From Candidatus Fibrimonadaceae bacterium (lineage in GTDB: Bacteria; Fibrobacterota; Fibrobacteria; Fibrobacterales; Fibrobacteraceae): a stretch of 64,000 bases of DNA. Below are positions 8,220 to 14,635 of the stretch, in pieces. The stretch's first letter is position 1; the number at the start of each line of letters is the position of its first letter. Below the pieces are notes generated by a model that saw only the letters and a list, made by a program, of their open reading frames with translations, ran no database searches and was not told where the DNA came from. The position numbers were made by a program, and so were the translations under genes. The stretch covers positions 5,725 to 69,724 of the forward strand of contig JAITFN010000076.1 of assembly GCA_031281345.1 (NCBI GenBank), written 5' to 3'.

Positions 8220-8837
8220 ATGAGCAAATTCGCAACACTCCTCTTTCTCTGCACCTCCCTCTTTGCCCAGCAAAAAGGCACCCTCACCGATACACGAGAT
8301 GGCAAAATATACAAAACCACAAAAATCGGCGAGCAAGTTTGGATGGCGGAGAATTTGAATTATGAGGCGGAAGGTTCAAAGTGCTATTATAACAAACCTG
8401 CTAACTGCGATAAGTACGGGAGATTATATAATTGGGAAACTGCTATGAAGGCTTGTCCGAGTGGTTGGCATTTGCCTGCAAATGAGGAATGGAAAGTATT
8501 AACGAAAGCGACAGGTGGTGGTACAGCTGGCAAGTATCTTAAAGCTACTAACGGGTGGAACGAAAATGGCAACGGCGAGGATAAGTATGGATTTTCTGCT
8601 TTGCCGGGCGGTCTCCGAGGTTCTATTGGCGGTTTCGGTGATGTTGGCTACCTAGGATATTGGTGGAGTTTTAGCGAATACAATAGCAAATACGGAAACA
8701 GTAGTGACCTCGCCTATAATAAACGCATGTTCTACAACCTTGAGAGCGTGCCCTACAGTAGCAGCGGTAAGGACGCCTTATTCAGTGTCCGCTGTTTGCA
8801 AGACACCCCCGCCCCACCCAAAGGAGAGGCAAAATGA
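8220..8837 (+). CDS. Single-domain FISUMP protein (secreted)
   Basis: 205 aa with signal peptide MSKFATLLFLCTSLFAQQ followed directly by KGTLTDTRDGKIYKTTKIGEQVWMAENLNY. Ends FSVRCLQDTPAPPKGEAK. The stop overlaps the next ATG. Confidence 0.85.
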   Translation: MSKFATLLFLCTSLFAQQKGTLTDTRDGKIYKTTKIGEQVWMAENLNYEAEGSKCYYNKPANCDKYGRLYNWETAMKACPSGWHLPANEEWKVLTKATGGGTAGKYLKATNGWNENGNGEDKYGFSALPGGLRGSIGGFGDVGYLGYWWSFSEYNSKYGNSSDLAYNKRMFYNLESVPYSSSGKDALFSVRCLQDTPAPPKGEAK

Positions 8838-10018
8838 ATAGAACAATCTTTTGCATTATAATCTGTTGCCTTTGCATATTCACGTGCAAACCCAAAAAGA
8901 TAGGCAACATAGACAAGCCTTTGAATTTGTCTTTGCTCTTTCGTCCTGAAAAATACTGGGAAGATGGATATTTTGACATTATTGACGAGACTGTTTTTTT
9001 CCCATATTCCATTAATATAGTGAACGATAGCATAATATTCACTGCTCGAAAAGAAAAGAGGATTGCGGATGAGAATAATATAGGCAAGTATATAGGTAAG
9101 AAGTATATAGATAAGGAGTATAGAGTGGGGCTTACAGACGAGCAACAGTTGAAAATTAAAGATATGGTTTCTGCTTTAAACCAGAAATATAAAATTCCAG
9201 ACTCTGATCGAATAGGTGCGCCTAATGTCAGTTGGCTTTGTATATTAACGATTGATAATCAAGTTCATTATGTACATGGAACCTGTGCGAATACTCCTGA
9301 TTTTAGAGTTGGTGATTATTTTCCTCAAATGCCAAAAGAAATGTGGATTTTATTTAGGTATATTGTAGATTTATCTCCCATTGAAATAATGAAATCAGGC
9401 CTTAGAATCGCAAGGAAAAATAATCCGCCTCCAATCCTCACATATCAAAAAGGCACATTCACCGATACGCGAGACGGCAAAATATACAAAACCACAAAAA
9501 TAGGCGAGCAGGTTTGGATGGCGGAGAATTTGAACTATGAGGCAAAAGGTTCAAAATGTTACAATGATAGTACTGCTTACTGCAATAAATATGGCAGGTT
9601 GTATAATTGGGAAACGGCTATGAAGGCTTGTCCAAATGGCTGGCATTTGCCTAGCTATGATGAGTGGAATGTATTGATGGTAGCGGTTGGCGGTGAGGAA
9701 ACAGCAGGCAAGTACCTTAAAGCTACTAGCGGTTGGAATGATTACAAAGGGAAGTCGGGTAATGGCACAGATGCTTACGGTTTTACCGCCCTGCCGTGTG
9801 GCTACGGATTTCCGGATAGCGTTTTCCACTATGTCGGAATCGGTACCTGGTGGAGTTCCTGCGAAAACTATAACTTTGAACGTAATGAATTCGCTTACAT
9901 CAAGAAAATGAGTTACTCCTATGAGGATATCCGCATATTCGAATACGACTATAAGGACTTCTTCTACAGTGTCCGTTGCTTGCAGGACCCCGCCCCACCA
10001 AAAGAAGAGACCAAATGA
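8834..10018 (+). CDS. Lipoprotein: family B N-domain plus FISUMP domain
   Basis: 394 aa starting MNRTIFCIIICCLCIFTC. AGGAG at 8822-8826 lies 7 nt upstream. Collinear with 140-1309 and 5908-7014. Confidence 0.85.
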   Translation: MNRTIFCIIICCLCIFTCKPKKIGNIDKPLNLSLLFRPEKYWEDGYFDIIDETVFFPYSINIVNDSIIFTARKEKRIADENNIGKYIGKKYIDKEYRVGLTDEQQLKIKDMVSALNQKYKIPDSDRIGAPNVSWLCILTIDNQVHYVHGTCANTPDFRVGDYFPQMPKEMWILFRYIVDLSPIEIMKSGLRIARKNNPPPILTYQKGTFTDTRDGKIYKTTKIGEQVWMAENLNYEAKGSKCYNDSTAYCNKYGRLYNWETAMKACPNGWHLPSYDEWNVLMVAVGGEETAGKYLKATSGWNDYKGKSGNGTDAYGFTALPCGYGFPDSVFHYVGIGTWWSSCENYNFERNEFAYIKKMSYSYEDIRIFEYDYKDFFYSVRCLQDPAPPKEETK

Positions 10019-10095
10019 ACAAAACAGCCACACTCCTTCTGCTCTGCACCGCCCTCTTACCAGCAAAATGTGCTGATGTTGCATATAAACGATGA
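10015..10095 (+). pseudogene. Truncated FISUMP-type signal-peptide ORF (26 aa)
   Basis: ATGA overlap with 8834-10018. It encodes MNKTATLLLLCTALLPAKCADVAYKR, then stops, with no mature domain. The upstream SD is degenerate here (aaaagaagagacc). Confidence 0.5.
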
Positions 10096-10225
10096 AAAAC
10101 CAGGTTCTGCATTTTGCTTGGAATGCGATCATCAGAAAGAACCTGAATGTGCGCCAATAGAAAATGTTAAAAGGAGGGGTGCAAGATATGAATGCTCCGC
10201 TGGAAAAACTACCAGAAAAAAAATA

Positions 10226-10579
10226 ATGTTGAAAAAGCCTAAGATAGAATTGGAAAAAGTTATACAATTTATTGATGAATATGTGCCTGAAAACCAGAGA
10301 GAGAGAAAAGTATTGGAAAGCAAAATAAACAGCAATTTTCTGAAAGACTTTAATAAGATGAAATTAGCTACTAAACATAAATTTTTTCGTTCTTGTTATA
10401 ACATAAATATATATGACCATGACGTATTGATAGCAACTTTTGAAACAAATGGAAATAACTTCTATGATAGAAAAAATAAATTGATATATGAATTATATAT
10501 TAAAGACAGCATATATAATCCAGAAGAAAATTTTTTGCGTAAATATTGGGGTATTTTTGAAGAAAATCGCTGTCGGTAA
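10226..10579 (+). CDS. Hypothetical cytoplasmic protein
   Basis: ORF 10070-10579. The internal ATG at 10226 (MLKKPKIELEKVIQFIDEY) is the more plausible start. No signal peptide and no recognised family. Confidence 0.35.
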   Translation: MLKKPKIELEKVIQFIDEYVPENQRERKVLESKINSNFLKDFNKMKLATKHKFFRSCYNINIYDHDVLIATFETNGNNFYDRKNKLIYELYIKDSIYNPEENFLRKYWGIFEENRCR

Positions 10580-10588
10580 ATAAGGCAC

Positions 10589-11737
10589 TCACCTGTGGTT
10601 TAGGGAAGACAAATACGGGTACCCCCCATTCACCTTGCCGTCAATTTCCCAAGTCCTGTCAAAATCCCAGCCTTCAAAAGTTTCCTTTTTTCTCATCTCC
10701 GCCGTGGTTTTGCCTTCGCCCTTGCCTTTGTCGCTTTGCCCGCTCGTTTCCTTGCTGTAATAGCTGTTGGTTACTTTACCTTCATCATAACGAACATTTC
10801 CAACCAGACCGCCGACTTTGCTTCTGCCTGTCACGGCTCCTATGGAATAGCTGTTGGTTATTTGAGTATGATTGATACATCCAACAAGACCGCCAACATA
10901 GGAGTCACCTGTTATCGTACCGCTGGAATAACTGCTGATTATATAACTACCTATTCCAACCAACCCACCCACATATTCTTTTCCTGTTACCGTAGCACTG
11001 GAATAGCTGTTGATTATCTCGCCACTGCCCATTCCTACCAGTCCACCAATAATCTTCCTTCCCGTTACCGTGCCAGTGGAATAACTGCTGACAATCCTGC
11101 TGTCATAGCCATTTACTTCTCCTGCCAACCCACCTACAGAGAACTCTCTTCCTATCACCAAAGCATTTGAATGGCAGTTGATTATCTTGCTATCACGAAT
11201 AAAACCCACAAGACCGCCTACCTGACTGCCTCCGCTGATGTAAGACGCCGTTACACCAAGGTTCTTTATCACTCCGTATTGGACATTCCCGAACAAACCT
11301 ATGTATGTGCCATCGGGTTCGTTTACATAAACGCCGCTGACGGCAAAACCGCCGCCATCAAATGTGCCATTGAAATAGTTATCAATCAGATCTGATAACA
11401 TTAAATGTCCGATGTGCCCATAGGATGTATATTTATGAAACCCTATCGGTTTCCACTTGTTCTTTGGCTTTTTCTTTTCCCAGTTCTGCCAGCCAACCGT
11501 GTCGTTGAGCATGATGTTCGCACCGAGCTTGACTGTTTTGCCTTTAAAATCATTCCCCTTATTAACCAGCTTGGCAAGCCCGGCAAGCTGCTCGGGCGTT
11601 GTTATTGTGAACTCGGTTTTCGAATTGCTATACCACTTAATGTCCGTTTTGCCGTTCCAAATGGCTGAGTTTCCCTTAGCCCAAGCCTCATCGCCTGCGA
11701 TGAATAACAGAAATAGCAAGAATAGAATTTTTTTCAT
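10589..11737 (-). CDS. GLUG-motif repeat protein (secreted)
   Basis: 382 aa with signal peptide MKKILFLLFLLFIAGDEAWA. The N-module reads TITTPEQLAGLAKLVNKGNDFKGKTVKLGANIMLND. About 8 repeats of GGLVG-x6-I-NSYS-G-V-G follow (GLUG motif as in PF07581). The C-module reads KTTAEMRKKETFEGWDFDRTWEIDGKVNGGYPYL. Confidence 0.8.
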   Translation of the reverse strand: MKKILFLLFLLFIAGDEAWAKGNSAIWNGKTDIKWYSNSKTEFTITTPEQLAGLAKLVNKGNDFKGKTVKLGANIMLNDTVGWQNWEKKKPKNKWKPIGFHKYTSYGHIGHLMLSDLIDNYFNGTFDGGGFAVSGVYVNEPDGTYIGLFGNVQYGVIKNLGVTASYISGGSQVGGLVGFIRDSKIINCHSNALVIGREFSVGGLAGEVNGYDSRIVSSYSTGTVTGRKIIGGLVGMGSGEIINSYSSATVTGKEYVGGLVGIGSYIISSYSSGTITGDSYVGGLVGCINHTQITNSYSIGAVTGRSKVGGLVGNVRYDEGKVTNSYYSKETSGQSDKGKGEGKTTAEMRKKETFEGWDFDRTWEIDGKVNGGYPYLSSLNHR

Positions 11738-11826
11738 AGTAAATCCGCTTTAAGCGAGGGATATTTTTTTGCCAGTCTTTTAAATTGTCTTTCAAATACG
11801 GAAACAGTTTTTACTTCATATTGCAT
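11734..11826 (-). pseudogene. RelE/ParE-type toxin, N-terminal 30 codons only
   Basis: The minus strand reads MQYEVKTVSVFERQFKRLAKKYPSLKADLL, then stops. This is a typical RelE/ParE N-terminus (F-R-FKRL-KKY). The ATG lies 8 nt before the stop of the antitoxin-like ORF. The premature stop overlaps the ATG of GLUG gene 10589-11737. Confidence 0.55.
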
Positions 11827-12022
11827 TCAAAAATTCTCTTGCATTGCGGGCTGTTTTCTTTTTTCTTTTTATCTCATTCATCTCCTTAACGGACTCTTTT
11901 ATCTCCTGCATAAGAAGAAACTTCTCATCAGTCAGCGGAATTACCTTCAAATAAGAAATGCTCCGCAAAACATCCAAAGTAGATGCAACTTTTTTCTCTG
12001 GAATATCTATTATAGCTTTCAT
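11816..12022 (-). CDS. Small antitoxin-like protein (partner of the truncated RelE/ParE fragment)
   Basis: ORF 11816-12127. The ATG at 12022 gives a 68-aa protein: MKAIIDIPEKKVASTLDVLRSISYLKVIPLTDEK...EMNEIKRKKKTARNAREFLNAI. Its size, position and overlap with the toxin start fit a type II antitoxin. Confidence 0.5.
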   Translation of the reverse strand: MKAIIDIPEKKVASTLDVLRSISYLKVIPLTDEKFLLMQEIKESVKEMNEIKRKKKTARNAREFLNAI

Positions 12023-12047
12023 AACAATAATATATGAAAATATTTTT

Positions 12048-12110
12048 GCCACCAAACTGACCGCCACCCTAGTCTGTACCCTACTCTGCACCACCCTCTT
12101 TGCCCTGCAA
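12048..12110 (+). pseudogene. Orphan signal-peptide fragment (family G/FISUMP type)
   Basis: It encodes ATKLTATLVCTLLCTTLFALQ, compared with MLTPKLTAALACTLLCTALFAQQ at 21567. It has no start codon or mature part. It is fused head-on to the 3' end of the GLUG pseudogene at the shared GCAAA. Confidence 0.4.
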
Positions 12111-13045
12111 ATACGGGTACCCCCCATTCACCGCGCTATCCATTCCCCAAGTTTTATCAAAATCCCAGCCTTCAAAAGTTTCCTTTTTCTTCATCTCTGC
12201 TGTAGTTTTACCTTCGCCTTTGCCTATGTCGCTTTGCCCGCTCGTTTCCGTGTTGTAGTAGCTATTTTTTACTGATATTTCATATTTGGTTCTTCATTGC
12301 TTCCCACCAGCCCGCCAACGTAGCCATTGCCCGACACCAAAGCGGTGGAATAACTGCCCCTTATAATGTCAGCCACTCCTGCCAGCCCGCCAACACTTAT
12401 TCCTGCTCTCACCACAACAAAGGAATAACAGTTCACTATACTGCTACTAGTTCCCACGAGGCCGCCTACAACATTGCCGCCTTTTATATAAGAAGCACGA
12501 ACCCCAAGATTTCTTAACTCTCCATCAACATACCCAAATAAGCCTTGGTAAACTTTCAGATTATTGTTGATATACATCCCGCTGATAACAAAGCCGCAGC
12601 CATCAAAGGTTCCCTTGAAACTTAAATCCGTGGACTCCATCCTCAATGCCTTCTGAATGAATTCAGGTACAAACCAATATATCAAATAATCTCCAATAGG
12701 ATTTTGAAGGAATCTAGGCGTTCTTTCGTCAATTTCGTAAATATAAGTTCCTATTGGCTCCCACTTGTTTTTGGGCAGCTTGTTTGCCCAGTTCTGCCAG
12801 CCAGCCGTGTCGTTGAGCATGATGTTAGCACCGAGCTTGATTGTTTTGCCTTCAAAACGATTCCCCTTATTAACCAGCTTGGCAAGCCCAGCAAGCTGCT
12901 CGGGCGTTGTTATTGTGAACTCGGTTTTCGAATCGCTATACCACTTAATGTCCGTTTTGCCGTTCCAAATGGCTGAGTTTCCCTCAGCCCAAGCATCATC
13001 GCTTATGGTGAATAACAGGAGTAGCAAGAATAGAATTTTTTTCAT
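12108..13045 (-). pseudogene. GLUG-motif protein, frameshifted and shortened copy
   Basis: ORF 12269-13045 (258 aa) is collinear with the N-terminal half of 10589-11737 but stops at 12269. The conserved C-module (NSYYNTETSGQSDIGKGEGKTTAEMKKKETFEGWDFDKTWGMDSAVNGGYPYL) continues in another frame at 12108-12262. It has fewer GLUG repeats. Confidence 0.6.
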
Positions 13046-13092
13046 AGTAAATCCTTATGGTGAATTTACAAAAATTTGTTATTTTACTATAA

Positions 13093-14049
13093 ATGAACAA
13101 AATCGCAACAATCGCCGCAATCACTCTATTAGCTCTGCTTTTGCTGATAGGGTGCGGTAATCGAAGCAATGCAACAAAAAATGCAGATTTGTCCGTATTG
13201 GAACAAAACAACGATATTTGGATTGCATTTAGAGATGACTCGCTTGATTTAATTGGCTATAAAGACAAAAATGGAACAATAAAAATCAAGCCAACGTTTA
13301 GTGATGTTTCTTCGGATAAGTTTGACAGGATTATTGTCGTTACAGCAAAATATGATGGAAAGTGGACTAATTACTTTCTCACAAAAGAAGGGAGAATATT
13401 TGGCATAGATAGCGTATATTTTTTCGATAACTATATTCACCGCCAATGTGAAGGTTTCCTTAATTTTATTGACCGCAAAACAGACAATATAGGAATGTTT
13501 GATAGGAATGGAAATGTAGTTATTCCTGCCGATTATAACTATTTGGAAAAAGTGAGAAACGGAATGTTAGCGGCACGCAAAGGTGCAAAAAAAGAGTGTT
13601 TGGATAAATATTGTGAACATAGTAAATTTGTTGGCGGAAAAGTAATGCTCCTTGACACGTTGAACAATGTTTTGATAGAAAATTTCACCACTTGGGACGG
13701 TGATACCACCTTTCTGGGAAATCTCGATTTTTTTTCAGTTGAAAAGAGCAAAGTTCCACATTCAGATACAACTAGAATATCTTATTTAGCGAAAGATGGA
13801 AGTTATTATTCATTTACTGTCATTGAAAGAGAATTTAGACAATTGTTATTCAATGGGATGTTAGATATGAAAAAAGAATTATCATCAATATTAAATTCGG
13901 AAAGTGAATATTATATTTATGTTTCACACTCAGTTGCCGATTGCGATAATCACAAAATTGAACTATGTATTTCTCATAAAGTTAGCGGAGAACAAAATTG
14001 TTTTAAATTTTTACGAACCAAGAACGAGTACAAATTAATTGAGTGGTAA
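13093..14049 (+). CDS. Lipoprotein, WG-repeat-like (paralog family F)
   Basis: 318 aa with lipobox MNKIATIAAITLLALLLLIGC. Segments IGYKDKNGTIKIKPTF...DGKW-NYFLTKEGRIFG and GMFDRNGNVVIPADYNYLEKVRNGMLAARKG resemble WG/KWG repeats. Paralog at 17499-18572. Confidence 0.6.
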   Translation: MNKIATIAAITLLALLLLIGCGNRSNATKNADLSVLEQNNDIWIAFRDDSLDLIGYKDKNGTIKIKPTFSDVSSDKFDRIIVVTAKYDGKWTNYFLTKEGRIFGIDSVYFFDNYIHRQCEGFLNFIDRKTDNIGMFDRNGNVVIPADYNYLEKVRNGMLAARKGAKKECLDKYCEHSKFVGGKVMLLDTLNNVLIENFTTWDGDTTFLGNLDFFSVEKSKVPHSDTTRISYLAKDGSYYSFTVIEREFRQLLFNGMLDMKKELSSILNSESEYYIYVSHSVADCDNHKIELCISHKVSGEQNCFKFLRTKNEYKLIEW

Positions 14050-14053
14050 TCTA

Positions 14054-14635
14054 ATGAACAAAACCGCCACACTCCTGCTCCTCTGCACCACCCTCTTTGC
14101 CCAGCAAAAAGGCACTTTCACCGATATGCGAGACGGCAAAATATACAAAACCACAAAAATCGGCAAGCAAATTTGGATGGCGGAGAATTTGAATTATGAG
14201 ATGAAAGGCAGCAAATGTTATGATAATGAACCTGTAAACTGCCAAATATATGGAAGGCTTTATGACTGGAATATGGCTATAAAAGCTTGCCCAAAAGGTT
14301 GGCATTTACCCACAGAAGCAAATTTTAAAGCATTGATGGAAACTGTTAACAAGTCTCCCAAATTTCTTAAAGCGGCTAGCGGATGGAATGATTTTAAAGA
14401 AAGCGAAGAACCGGGCAACGGCATAGATATTTACGGTTTTTCAGCTCTGCCGGGCGGCAGTGGCTGGTCAGATGGCAATTTCTACGATGGCGGCAGAGAA
14501 GGCTATTGGTGGCATGCCTCTTCGCACGGTGGAGTTGCTTTTTACCTCCATATAAAAAACAACGATGAGTACACTCTTAATAGTGGCAACAGTAAGAATA
14601 GCAGTTTTTATAGTGTTCGTTGCATTCAAAACTGA
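14054..14635 (+). CDS. Single-domain FISUMP protein (secreted)
   Basis: ORF 14039-14635. The ATG at 14054 gives MNKTATLLLLCTTLFAQQKGTFTDMRDGKIYKTTKIGKQIWMAENLNY. Ends YSVRCIQN. Confidence 0.85.
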   Translation: MNKTATLLLLCTTLFAQQKGTFTDMRDGKIYKTTKIGKQIWMAENLNYEMKGSKCYDNEPVNCQIYGRLYDWNMAIKACPKGWHLPTEANFKALMETVNKSPKFLKAASGWNDFKESEEPGNGIDIYGFSALPGGSGWSDGNFYDGGREGYWWHASSHGGVAFYLHIKNNDEYTLNSGNSKNSSFYSVRCIQN

